NCBI GenBank assembly: GCA_036172245.1
Contig: JAYWIR010000016.1
Coordinates: 3,596,001 to 3,660,000, forward strand
Source of the DNA: Raillietiella orientalis
Lineage: Eukaryota
Length of the DNA: 64,000 nt
Direction of reading: 5' to 3'
The position numbers and the translations under genes are program-made. The notes under the pieces are model-generated. The model worked only from the letters and a program-made list of their open reading frames with translations, was not told the origin of the DNA and made no database searches. Within the stretch, counting starts at the first letter, position 1. Each line of letters opens with the position of its first letter. This document shows, piece by piece, positions 49,374 through 61,862 of the stretch.

Positions 49374-50912
49374 GACTATAAGCTGTCATAGGCCTTGGAA
49401 GGGTGTATTGTTTTGTAATCCTAGATTATTTTCTAGTACATCGAAAAAATAGTGAAGTGAAGTGATCTCATGTTTTCAGTAGTTTTATTGAATGCATCAG
49501 ATTGAGGGATATGATGTATACGCTGGAGCAGCTATGTTGAAAAAAAGCATGAACGAATGTCATGTGAAAACACCATTTAAATTCCAAGATCGTTAGGTGT
49601 ACTTCAAGTATCAAATTACATCACAAGTTCTAGATGAAATTGGCCAGAATCAAACCTAATCAAGTACAGAATAATTTATAAACAGGTGCATAGTTTCCAT
49701 TTTCCTTGCAGCATACTTCAGAGTTAAATCATTTTATCAGTTTCTGTGTTCAAATCTTTTGATGCATCCCACATTTGTTTTGGGTGCACCAAAAATACAT
49801 CATACTCACAGTAACAGAGAATATAACAGCAGATAATAAAAAGCAACATGACTTTCAAAACATTGGCTTTACATCAGACAATGTTGTTAAGAACTTTGAA
49901 AAGCAAAATATTTAAAAAGACACACTCCACAGATGGAGCATCGAGTGTCGCAGTACATATAGTGAACAAGAATGAAGATATACATGCATGAATATGATAA
50001 CATTTGTTTGAAATAGCAGTGAGAAATTTAGAAGTAATGGTACAATGAGAAATTTATGGTAAAGGTTAGTCACCTCCAAGATTATGCCCATGAGATAGCA
50101 GTAGACAGTGAATAAAGTGTAAAATGATGAAGGTGGAATTGGGTTATATATCATGAACTGTATTTTCTCTTGTTTAGACTGTAAATGCACTTACAAATGT
50201 CCCTAGAATTGGATTTGAATAAAAAAAAAATTTGGTTGCATCTTCAAGACTATTGTCTTTCATAGGGAAGATCTAGATTTAATAAAAAGAGGGTGATGCT
50301 TTTTGAGGTCTTCATCTGGGATGCAGAAGAACTGTAAAGTAGTAGAGGAAGTTGGCCATACGATGCGATATTGAATGAGTAATGAGATGAGAAAGTGAAA
50401 GTAAAAGCAGTACACGTTTTGTAAGAAGTGGCGAAAATTTGATTTCTGTTCGTGGGGAGTTCATGTTGTAAAAAAAAAAAAAAAAAGCAAAGCTACCAAA
50501 ATGCCGTAGTCGGTGAACAAATTCGTGGAGGGATGAAACCAGACAAGCGACTAATCTTTGCTAAAAGAATTACCAGACCTGAGGAAGTTTACAAACCTTT
50601 GGGAAAATTTACATGTCTTCCTTTGAAGTGTGAGCACATGTTTTTTTTTTTTTTTTTCTTACAGAACACAGGTGAATTTCCCTGATGCTATTGCATGGGA
50701 AGTCGATGACATCCCCCCCCCGCCCCCCAAAGGGGGAAAAAAAAAAAAAAAACAACAACTTTCGAACTGGAAACAAAAGCAATCGCGACTCGGATAGCAA
50801 ATTGAATTTCAAATTCTCCTTGAGGGCAAATTAATTAATATTAAGCAGATATGCGTGCTTAACGAGCAAACTTGACTCGATAACACTTTCGGTGGGCTGC
50901 GCCGACTAGCAA

Positions 50913-50918
50913 TCAGTT
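50913..50918 (+). promoter_or_regulatory. Candidate Initiator (TCAGTT) at the AT-to-GC transition; possible distal TSS of the G-gamma gene
   Basis: Motif seen directly where CpG density rises. Assignment to G-gamma is inference only. Confidence 0.2.
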
Positions 50919-53900
50919 TCCCCGAAGGCGAGTTCGTGTTGCGTTGTCGATTTTGTGGTGAGCAAAATTCTGTGTTTAACGGGTGATCGGAGGGGAAACG
51001 GCACAGCTGCTCGCCTGTGGTGTTCCGGCTTTTCGAATTCTCCGCAGTACCCTGTGGTGTGTTTGGAGCCTCCCGATCAATATCCTTACAATTTCATCTG
51101 CGGAGATTTGGCATCCTTGGCCGCCGAGCAATAAATGGAGCCGATTCGCTCCCGCATCCGGGGTGCGCGAGTTCGTTCCTTTTGAGTACATTGATTGTGT
51201 ACACGGCTGCGGGATCAGTGAGGCGAGAGAGAGACCATTCTTCTAGCTGTTGCGTACCATCTGAATGGACGCTGAGTTTACAGGAAGGTTGCTACATTCC
51301 TTGCATCTCGGCCCCGAAGGTGAGGAGGCTTCTTGAGAGAGCGGTTCGTAGAAGACGAATTTCGTGTGCTCACGGTGAGGGCCATCAACCCGAAGGCGGA
51401 ACTGATGCAGCGTCTCATTACGCTAATGCGCGTGTTATGGGATGTTCGGTCTCCCCGAGAAGAGGATGTTCCGCGCCCACTTCATCACGCGTCTGCTCAG
51501 GAATCCTCCGCCTCCTCCTGTGTTTCCCTGACGAATTCCTCCAAGAGGAACCCCGCGACTGGGAGCCGCGGAAAATCGGAACGAGCTGGAGGACCTGCGT
51601 GTCCTCCGCTTCGCGGAACACTTCGTGCTCCCCAGGTCATCGCCGGGGTCAGGCCAAACAGCGACTAACGTGTTTGTTTGTTTGTTTGTTTGTTTGTTTT
51701 CTTCCTTTCTTCTTCTTTTCTTCGCCTCCGTTGATCCGTAATCACCTTATGGACTTTCATCGACAGTAACCGAAAAGCACATTCTATTCCCCGAAGCAGC
51801 AGGTTCGTATCCCCTCTTATTTGCTGCAGTGCTGGGATGCTCCGAGGGCGAGCGCAGTTGCCTTGGAAACCTGCTCCGGCAAGAGGCGCCCAGCGCAATC
51901 TGTTGGGTTGTGAGCGACTTGACCTGGAAGGCAGGGAAGAAGAAGAAGAAGGGAAAAAAGGAAAAACACGTCCAGCTCGTTTCTACTCCGGATTCCCGCC
52001 AGAAAGGTCGAGTTGCGGCTCAGAACTTCGGGTCTGCCCAAATCGCTCGATCTGCAAACCGCGGGCCGATTTTCACGTTGAGGCGCGGACTCCAAGCTCG
52101 GAAAACCGGTGGTGGTCAGGCGAGAGCTCCGTGGGCACGGCACGCGGTTTCTCGTCTTCATGCTCCAACCCTTTCCCCCACCCTTCGAAACACGAGAAAC
52201 TTGGGAAGAACGAAAAGTCAAGCAGGAGGCACGCCAGCCAACAACTAGCGAAAGGCGTGAGGCGACCTGGAAAAGTTCCGGGAAGATTCTGGGAAGCCGA
52301 AGATGAAGCCGAGCGGTAACCTCTCGAATTGAGTTCCGATTCCGAGAGAATCGTTGAGGTTTCACATGAGCTGTAGAGATTCGTCTCGCAACTCAGAAGA
52401 GCGATGGAAGGAGATGCCTCTGGCACGTTTCTCGAAGGAGGACGAATTTTTTTCCCCTGTGACAGCCATCCATTCTGCTGTTCCATTCGCCTCGGCCCTA
52501 TTCGGGGTTTTTTATCTTCATGAACTGTCCTCGTTGCTTGAAAGATGCAGGAAGGGAGGGAGGGGGAAGGAATGAGAACCCAAAAAGGACTTCCGTCATC
52601 CTAGACCAGTAGCAACGATCTCTCCTTGAGGTCGCTACTGACCTGTATTTTTATTTTTATTTTTTTCAAAAAAAAAAAAAAGGAAAATACGGGAGATGTA
52701 GAGATTTTGTCTTTCCTATTCGGATGAGATCCTGGAACGGTAGCATCAACCAAAAAAGGCAGTCTTAACCGGAACGATACCCCACCTGGGGGTGACGCAC
52801 AGGGGGGGGGCAGGGATAAGTAGCCATCGCAACGGCTGGCAACTCGGATGGATTTTGCGAAGCGACTGCCCCCCGCTGTTGGTGAAATTTTGGTCGCAGC
52901 GAGTGGGCAGGTTGTCCCCTGCGTCGAAGTTGCCGGGGGCAAATGAGCTTTGCTCTCAACCAGCGCGAAGAATGACTCTCTCGACGAATTCGTATTTTGG
53001 GACTTTCTTTCGGAAAACCTTTCTGCTGCCCCTCACGCCACGTGCCGGAACGCGTGTTTGAAGGGAACGCTTCCGTATTTGAGGATCTCACTTCCGTGCC
53101 CGCCGCGGAGGTCGAACGGCTTGGCCACGACAGCGCTGCTTTCGCACCCAGTGGTAACCTTAGTTTTCGGAGGAGGGCTGCAGAGGAAAGCAACCGTGGC
53201 CACGGCAGTGGAGTTTGTGCTCGACCAAAGGACAAACTCCCGGACACGGCAAATGCCACATTCGTAAGGAGTGTGACCAGCGTAACCGTCATCCTACCCA
53301 ACACCACCGTATAATTCAAAGCCAATAACCACCTACGATACCGCAAATTCGTCATTCTCATTAAACTGTCGTGACATCAGCACAAAAACATAATCATCCT
53401 AACTGCACGCATTACAATAACCTTTCATCGTCAACACAGAGTCTGCGTCCACCGCTGCCCTCCCGTGACCACACAACGTCGACTTGGAGTGTCTCCGAAA
53501 GCGTCCCTCGTTCCTGTGCCGTTCTTATTAGGGATTCCGGCCCCCTCCCCCCGACGACCCCGCGGTAGCGCAGTGCTTCTTCCTTCTAGATAGCCTTGCT
53601 GAGCTGTTGGGCGGGGAGGGGGGGGGGGGAAGGGGTTTGATTTCCGTTTCCATGACAAAGCACGCACAAACGGGATCTCTGGAATTTGATTCTTGAATTC
53701 GTGGGATGGGAGCCTTTTGTGTGCGTGCGTGCGCGTCTGTTTGCTTCCCTTCCTTTTTTCTTTTTTTTTTCCTGTCTTTCTTCCGGACACACACACGAAT
53801 TTTCGTTCTTCCGTCGTTACCATGGAGAGGGGGTTCGCGTCGTTTCTTCTGGACACTGCAAGAGCGCAAAGCATTCGCCCATCGTTTTCTTTGCAAAAAA

Positions 53901-56900
53901 AAAAAAAAAAAAAAAAAAGGCCCGACTCCCCTGGGGGGCAGGAAAAGTAGCGGAGCGGAGAAGCACACCCCGGTCGGGACGCCACCCGATTCCGTTTCCG
54001 GAGCTCCCGGAAGGCTTTCCGTGATTCCTCGCCTCCCGAGCCGATGCAGATCGATCTGGATGCGAAACGACGGGGGGGGGGAAGGGAGGGCTTTGTCGTC
54101 GTTTTGCGGAGCCGAAGAGCGAGCCGTGTGGCCTACCCGGCCGGAGGACAGGGAGCCACCTGTCGTTTCCGCCGCTCCTGAATGAGCCGAGACGGGAATG
54201 GAGGTGGCGCAAAACAGAGAGAAGACGGGACAACCGCATCGAGGAGGAGGGCTGCGCGCGCAGTGCGCGGCGGCATCGAGCTGCGAGCCGGGAAGAAACG
54301 GCTCGCGGGAGGGGAACCTCACGGGAAGCGCCTCGCCGGAGCAGCCACGCCGAAACGTCTCTCCCGACGTAGCGCCGGCCGGTGCCGTGGACCCGGAGGC
54401 TGCGCGTGCCGGGCGAGCGAGGGGAGCGAGCAACGAACCGAAACTGCTGTGGGTTGGGGAGGCACGCACGCAGACCGGATGGCCGGCCCTATCGGAGTGT
54501 CGCCTCCTCGTCGGGGAGGGGATGGAAACGAAATTGTTCCGCTTCCGCTTGGTGCCTGCTCCTGCTCGTCCTCCCCCGGAACGGTGCACGGGCCCGCTGG
54601 GGAACGGGACCGCCTCATTGATTGCTACACGTCCGGCGTACTCTGCCGCCGCACGGATGCGCGGAAAGCCCTCGCGACGAGGGCGTTCATTTTTGCAGCA
54701 TGGGTCTCGGACCGCTGACTTGGAGCGGGAGCTGAGAGAGCTTCTGTCCGGGGGGGGGGGGGGGGGGGAAGGATTCCCACTTTGCGGAGCGCCTAGCGGA
54801 ACTGACACTTGCAAGAAGTCGCAAGGATCCCCCCCCTTCCCCCTGCCCGAACCGTCTGCTGCACCGGAGAGTCTGTCCAGTGCGTGTTGCGTTTCCGCAA
54901 GAGCCTGTGCGGCGCGCAGCACCGAAAAAGTCGCGTTGGCAGGGGAACGCCCCTCTCTCCTTCGAGTTGGCTGCCGCCGCCTTCTCCTCCTCCTCCTCCT
55001 CCAAGTTCCCGGTTCTCATCGTTGCGGGGGCAGGGGGCCATCACGACCCTGCCACGATCCTCCTTGCATGATCTTCCCGGGCGCACGCGCGCGCGTAGGT
55101 CTCGTCGTCTTGCCGCGTGCATCGATTCCATTCGTTGTCCGATTGCGCACGTTGGCGGCGGAGGGAGATTCCGCCGTGGGACGCCGAACCTGCGATTCTT
55201 CAACTCGACCAAAGGGCACGAATCTTTTCGAAAGACACACAACTGGCGAAGACGGGAGCTGAGCAAACAGAGGGCAAGCAGCGCCTGTTGGTTGGTGCCT
55301 TCCGCAGACACATCGTGTCCTGCAGAGAACATCTGCCAGTCCCTATATTTAGCTCGGCATGCCTGGCTGAAGTGTTGACGGATCTTCAAGGTTCGAGAGT
55401 GGTACGCTGTGATGCCTCATGCGTGTACAAGTGAGCGTGCGTCGTTTCACGTGAGTGATGCGTTCCGTATGAATGGGTTCTTCCGGAAAATGGTGGCGCG
55501 CAGCACACGCAGTGCTCTCGGGTTCGTTCCCGGAAAAAGTGTTTGAAAACGTTGAAAAAACAGGAGGGGGGGGGGGCCTATTGCCACTTGCGCCGCCTAT
55601 TCATTTTCCCCCGGATCTTGGCGCCTCTGCTCTGAGCCTTCTGCGGGCTGATGCAGCTCTGTGCCCAAGGCTACTTTGAGGAGAGTGCACCCCTAGGGGA
55701 GAGGTGGAGGAGGGGGAGGGAGTGCCGTTCACTGCCGCCTCGATGTAAAAAGTTCCGCTCCCTGAAAGCTTCGTTTGCGCGTCCGGTTCGTTCCCACGGG
55801 AGCGCCGTATCGCAACCACCCGAAGATCCGTCGCACGAAACTTCCGGGTGCTTCCGTTTCGGTCTGCCCAGTGGTGGTGGCGGATGCTACCGGACGAGCC
55901 GAAGAGTGGACCGGACCTTCCCTTTGGGTGCGGTCCGCGGCGGCCGCCGAACCGGGGTGTGGGACGGACCCATTTCCGGATTTCAGGAAAGAGTCCTTTC
56001 TGCTCGTTAGACGTTGGAGTCCCGATTAGGCAAACGCGCGGCGATGGGTGCGGCGAGATCCTGGATGCTTCCGGCAGCGTGCGTGCGGGCTCAGCCTACC
56101 GGGCAAAGCTCCCCCCCCCCCTCCCCTTCCCCCCAATTCGCTTGACTTCGGTGACGCTCCCCCGTCTCCGCGACCATGCGACGAGGGGAGAGACTTTTCG
56201 CCCCTTCCTCGTTCGTGCCGAGTCTCCCCCAGGCTTGGCTGTTCCAGCTTGACCAGCAAACACTCCGCCCCTCCTGCTCACTCCTTCCACCCCAGACCCC
56301 CCTGGGACCGAGGTTCGTTTCCGGACGGGTCCTTGTGGAACTGTTTCGTCTCTCCCCGCTGGGAACGTCCCGTGGTTTCATAGCAAAGCGATGCTGCTTC
56401 TCCTTCCGTCCTGGAAGAACCCGTAGCCGCTGGAGTGATGCGGGGTCGGCGTCAGAACGGCCTGCAGGCAACTCGGGAGACTCCGCCGAGATGGGAACCC
56501 CGGCACGCGACGCCACCGCCAGGTATCCCGGCTTCTTTCCCCTCCCTTTCCCGGAAGGCGCCGACTAGGTGCTCCCCCGTTCAGGAAACGCGGGATGCGA
56601 TGCGGTATCGCGTCCGGCCGACGTGACGACCGCGGAGGAGGAAGTCACTCTGCATGCGCCTGGTGGCCCCGCGGCGTTCCTCCTGCTCTCCGCCATCTCA
56701 GGGCAGTTTCCCTTTGCCAGCCGCTCCGGAAGAGACGGTCCCGTCCGGACAAGTCGGAAAGCCCTGTGGACCTCTTCCTTGCCGTTTTTCACTTCGCTTT
56801 CCGGGATGCGCGTGTTCTGGCGGCAGCCACGCAGCATCCTCGGGCGAGACATGGGTGAGCCTCAGATTTCCGCAGACAACCTCGCTCCGTGCAACGTCCA

Positions 56901-58532
56901 GGAAGCCCACTCCTGAAGAGCCGCAGCAACTGCAACCAGGGCGGAGGAAAGACGACCGAAAGTCTCCCTCCCCTCTTCCCGGGCTACCCTCTCCCGAAGA
57001 GAGTCCTCTCCTCGTGCACCACATTCCCCAGGAAAAACACCTCCCGGCGGTGCTGCAGCGGGGGGAGCGGCCCGGGGTTTCGATCGCTTCCAGCACAGAC
57101 CCTCGCCGATAGTTGGACTGCGCTGGCCATGGGGTGGCGCGCGCGATCTGTGCCCACTCGGCGTGCCTCCGATGGGCGATCCATCGGCCGCCTTCCGGTC
57201 CACCATGTGCTGAAGGGTTGCCAAGAGACGTGCGTACGTCCTTCCCCTCCCTCCCCCCCCCCTCTCTCTCTCTCTCAAGAGAGAGAGAGGAAAAAAAAAG
57301 GGGGGAAGGAGGGACACCGGAGATTCTGCTTTCACATCTTTGTCCATTTTCGGAAGTCAGGATGTGCGAAGTGATGATGGAGAAGTCGGGGTGTGGAGGG
57401 GTCCCGGGCACCCCTCTCCCATCTCGCGCACTCCCCCGTTCGAGTGGAACTTTCGGGAAGGGACCTCCGCAGGTTCCCTTCTGGACGACGAAGGAGACTG
57501 AAAACGAGTCGTTTCCCGGCCCTGCTTGGGGATTTTGGATCATCTGCCCTTCCTCCCACTCGCTCCTCTTCCCTGCTGGACCGTGGACTGCGTCCCGGGA
57601 CCAGTGACCTCCTCCCCGGCCCCCGAGAAGGAAGAGAGAAGTGTTCGCGGGCCCCACGGCCACTCAGCTCCGATGTGACTCCCCCTGCTGCTGCCACGGG
57701 GGGAAGGGAGGGCGGAAGAGAGGCTCTCTTGGAGAAATCCTGCCCCGAGGGTTCCTCGGGGGAAAGCCTGCGGGTTCGTGGAGGTCTCCATTTCCGCCGA
57801 CGCCTCAGCTCCTCTCAGGGGGGGGGGGGAGGAAAGCGCGTTTCCCTCGCTGCCCTTCCTTTTCCTTGCCCTCCTCTCCCTCCTCTTTCCTCGCTTCCTG
57901 CTCCATCGTCAGTTTCCTTCACTAAGGCAGAGGGGGCACCAGCCGAGCGAGCGGCTGCGGAGTGGACGGCCGCTGCGGCCGTGAGTGATTCTTCCCGGTG
58001 AGGTCAGCGCGATCCCGGACTCTTCTGGAAGGAGGTGAGGATGGTACCGCGGTTTGAGGTCCCGCGGTTCCCTCCCCCCATCTTTCCCTCTCTCTCCATT
58101 CCATCACGAGTCGTTCATCGGGTGCCGCCGCACCATCCTTCGTCCCATCCTCTCCCGTCCTCCTGCAATCGTCCTTTTCCTGGACCGCGGGCGTGCTTGA
58201 CGGGAGTCGGAACCGGGCTAGGGCACTTGGAAGATCCCGAGAGCTCCAGAAGAAGAAAGCGAGAGCCCTCTAGGGGCGGGTGGGTGGGTGGGCGGGCTGC
58301 TCCCCATCCAAAGAGCCGCGACGCCGTTTTCCCGAATCTGGAGTCCCTCTCTTCCCACCTATTCTCGTCTTGGGATTGCTGCACGTTCTTCCCGCTACTC
58401 GGGGGGAAAGCTGCGGTCGGGCGAATGCGAACTCCCACTTTCTCCGCCGGGCGGCGCGCAAGGCGTTCACAGTACCGCTCCAAGTGCGGCGGTGTGAGCA
58501 GACTGCTCCCGGCGGTGCTCACGGACAGGCGG

Positions 58533-61500
58533 ATGGACAGGGACGTCCTCAAGCTGCAGGTGGAGAACCTGAGGTACCAGGCGACGATGGACAGGTGGCC
58601 TCTCTCCAAAAGCATTCACTCGTGAGTCCAACCGCCCCCTCCTCCTCCCCCGGACACCGCCCTCGGCATCCGTTCTCCTTCGACCCCTCTGGATCCCTCC
58701 TCCCGGTTTTTCGATTGGTGAGTCGGAGAGATGCGTGAGTGAGGGAGGGCGACGGGATGGAGCGGAACTGGAGCAACCCTCGCGTCGTGGGGTTTTTTTC
58801 CTCTTCTTTCCTCCCATTTTTGTGCTTTCTCTTTTCCCTCCCTTCCTCCGTTTCCCGTCGGTACCACGACCCACGATGGAGGGCCACATCCAGAGGGGCT
58901 TCCTGCTGTCTCCTTCTGCTCCCCGTTGCGATGCCTTCGACGGCGTTTTCTTGTTCCGCTGCGCTCGCGAGCTTCCGGGATTTTTCGAGGACTTTTTTGG
59001 GGGATTCGGGCTGTTTTTTTCTCCCTCGGTCCTGCGAGCCGCGCACGCACCCCCCGAGCATCGTTGATCGCTTTGCCATGGAAACCTCCTCTTTCGAGCT
59101 GCGTCTCCACGCTGCCGTGGCTCTCCCCACCACCGGCGTGGGAGTCGGCGTAGGACGGTTGGAATTCATCCATTTTGGGGGGGGGGGGGGGGGGTCGTGC
59201 ACCACAGAGCGGGTAGCCTCGCGCGTGGGCCTGGGAACGGGGAGTATTCTATTCTTCCGTGTCCGACCGGAAGTGTTTGCGTTCGTTTCATCCGCTGCTT
59301 TAATTTCAGAACTGTTGATTCCCTTTCCCCCTCCGCCTGTCCCCTTCCCATCAAGGCTTCCCCTGGAGGTGGAGAACCTCCCACAACGCGTCTCCGAACC
59401 GTCGTCTGACACCGCCGGCGTTTCCAGGAGTAAGAGGGGAGGGGAAGGGGGAAACGGATCACTTTCTCCCCCATCCATCTCGATGGCGTCAAAGCCCTAC
59501 CTGAGACGCAAAACGCTCCAGACGGATGTTCCCGAACCGTGTTCGCAGGAGCTCCGGGAATGCGAAGGGACGATCCGCCCTCGTTCGTGTACACTCGCGA
59601 GGAAAGTATTCGTGTGCCGCCGCCTCCCGGCGCTTTCCTCTTCCAAAGTCGAGCACGCTGAAGAAAACGTCTTCTTCTCCGAAGAACGAGCGGCGGGAAC
59701 GCAGCAGCCCCCGTGGCAACGGGTGGAATTCTTCCCCTCGGAAGCGTCCCTCTTCCTTCCTTTTCGGCAAATAGCATTTTCAGCGTGAAAAAAAGAAAAA
59801 AGAAGAAGAAGAAGAAAAAAATAGCAAAACACGACGCGTACGTAAGCTCGCGCTTTTTGAAGGCAAAAACTCGACCTTCCCCCCCCCCCCCCTTTTTAGC
59901 ACGCGGATCGATATCGATCCGCGTGCACGGAGGTGTACACCTTGGTCGGTTTTCCTTCGCCAGCAGCGGGAATTTCCCCGTTCCACGTGCGATCGGAAGT
60001 GCAGGATTCGGGAGGGGCGCGGAACGCTTGTACACGGTTCTTGTACGCAGCGCTTCGAAGGACTTCCGGCTCGTGTAGGGCCGCGCAGGGTTCGTTGTGG
60101 GTCCGCCGTCGTGTGCTCCGCTGAGTGGCATTGTGCACGCGGATGGCGCCACGAGAGAGCAGCAGCATCGCGGAGTAGGCGCGGACTGCTCCCGTTCGCC
60201 CGCCACGAGCTCAGGGAGCGCAGGGACGTTGACGTTTCATCCTCGCAGGCATTCGGGTCAGGTCGGCGTCGCCTCCGCCAGGAGCGGGGAATCCGCAGCT
60301 CCTCGCGCGCGCGCCTGTTGTTTCCTGCGGGGAGTCCGGAAGCGCAGCAGGAGAGAGAGAGAGAGAGAGGGGGGGGGGGCATCCGAAGGAGGAGGGGGTA
60401 GCAGCGCGCGGACTCCCCGTGCTCTTCGGGGGTCCTCGTCGGTGCGACGACCGGCTGCGAAGGAGGGAACGCCGCTGCTAATCCCCCCCTCCCCCATCCC
60501 GGAGGGAACGAACCCGGGTCGGCGGGAACGAGGCGTCCGCACGTCGCGAAGCCTCGTCCCTCCCCCTCGGCGGCAGCAGCAGCGATCCCCCCGGCAACGA
60601 TTCGCGGATCAGCCCGTCATCCCATCTGCGAGGCGGAATGGAGGGGGGGCGGGGGGAGGGGAGCTTTCCACGCAAGCGGAGGCGGGCAGCAGCGGCGTTC
60701 GCAGTTCGACCGAGGCGAACGTGCAGCTGCCCGCCTCCCTGCACACCGCCGCCCTTCCAGGCGTTCCACGTGCAGCTTCGTGTACCAAAGATGCAAGGGG
60801 TAATCGATTGGGAGGAGGCGGGGCAGAAATTGGGCGCCATTGGGAGGAAAAAAAAATTGGCCCGCGCTGTCGGCCGCCGCCACGTATCTCGGCAGCGACG
60901 CCTCCGCCGCGATGCAGAATGGCAGTTCTTCCCTCCCCCCTCCTCCTCCTCGTCCTCCCCTTTCCCCTCTCGCGCACGCACACGCTGGTGGGAGGCGAAG
61001 AGGGAGGGGTCGATGGCGACGCCGCCGCGGCAGCTGCTGCTGCTTCCGCCGCTGCGCTGGAGCAGCCGGACCGCGAGAGGGGAGGGGCGGAACGGGAAGC
61101 ACGCGAGTGGCCGTCTTTCGCTCGAGAAACGTCCGCGCTCCCAGGCAGCGGAGGAGGGGGGGGGGAGCCACGAGAAAGCAGAGCCTGGAAGGAGAACCCA
61201 CGAGGCCCCATCCTGGAAGGCAAGAGGGTGAGGGTTGGGGAAGGGAGACGCAGGCGCTGCCAGCGAGGATGCTCAGCTAGGGGAACGTCCCCCATTCGCT
61301 TCATCCCTTCCTGCGGGAGGCGGAAGCCCTTCCCCCCCCCCACGGCGCCTTGGGGGGTCGCGCGCGGTGTGGCAGGCGGAGACTTCTCCTGTCTCCCGGA
61401 GCCGAGTTTCCAGGGTGGCCGCCGTCCCTTCCCGCCCGGGCTCTCTCCCCCGCCGCCGCCCGACGCTCTTCTGCTTTCAGACTGAGGCAGTTCATCGAGG

Positions 61501-61586
61501 AGAATGACAAGAGCGACCCTCTCCTCCACGCCCCTGACAAGAAGTACAACCCCTGGGCGGAGAAAGGGAAATGCGCCATCCTGTAG
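58533..61586 (+). CDS. Heterotrimeric G-protein gamma subunit, Ggamma30A/Ggamma-e (GNG13-like) type, 64 aa; exons 58533-58621 and 61481-61586
   Basis: The spliced protein [64 protein letters not shown] has GGL-domain DPL and NPW motifs and a CAAX end. It is close to recalled Drosophila Ggamma30A ([28 protein letters not shown]...[23 protein letters not shown]). TC|gtgagt ... tttcag|A, phase 2. Confidence 0.93.
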
Positions 61587-61856
61587 CCAGGACCCCAGAG
61601 TCCGTCAGCTTCTTCGCGACCTCCTTCCTGCTCGTTAGAGACTCCTCCCGGCTCATTTCACCTAGCAGCTGGTGCTAGCGAGGAGGAAAGGCAGCCTGCG
61701 CACGCAAAAAAAAAAAAAAAGGAAAAAAAAAAGAAAAGAATATTCTCCCTCCACTCCCCAGAAACTCCCCCCACTTCCGGAAAAGCCGCCAGGTAGAAAA
61801 CTTCGCTTCGCTTGCCCCTGGCGTGGAAGATGCTCACTGCGTGTCGTGGACACCGA

Positions 61857-61862
61857 AATAAA
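61857..61862 (+). terminator. Candidate polyadenylation signal (AATAAA) for the G-gamma gene
   Basis: AATAAA about 270 nt after the stop codon, in otherwise GC-rich sequence. Confidence 0.35.

Noticed and set aside
49912..50190. Hydrophobic 92-aa minus-strand ORF
   Set aside because: GTG start in AT-rich sequence that gives hydrophobic translations by default. No recognisable family.
50958..50980. miR-87-like seed 'gtgagcaaaatt'
   Set aside because: The match does not extend to the 3' half and I see no precursor hairpin.
52765..53460. ORFs over a C/A-rich degenerate trinucleotide patch (mucin-like or signal-anchor-like translations)
   Set aside because: Looks like decayed simple repeat, with no splice-supported gene model.
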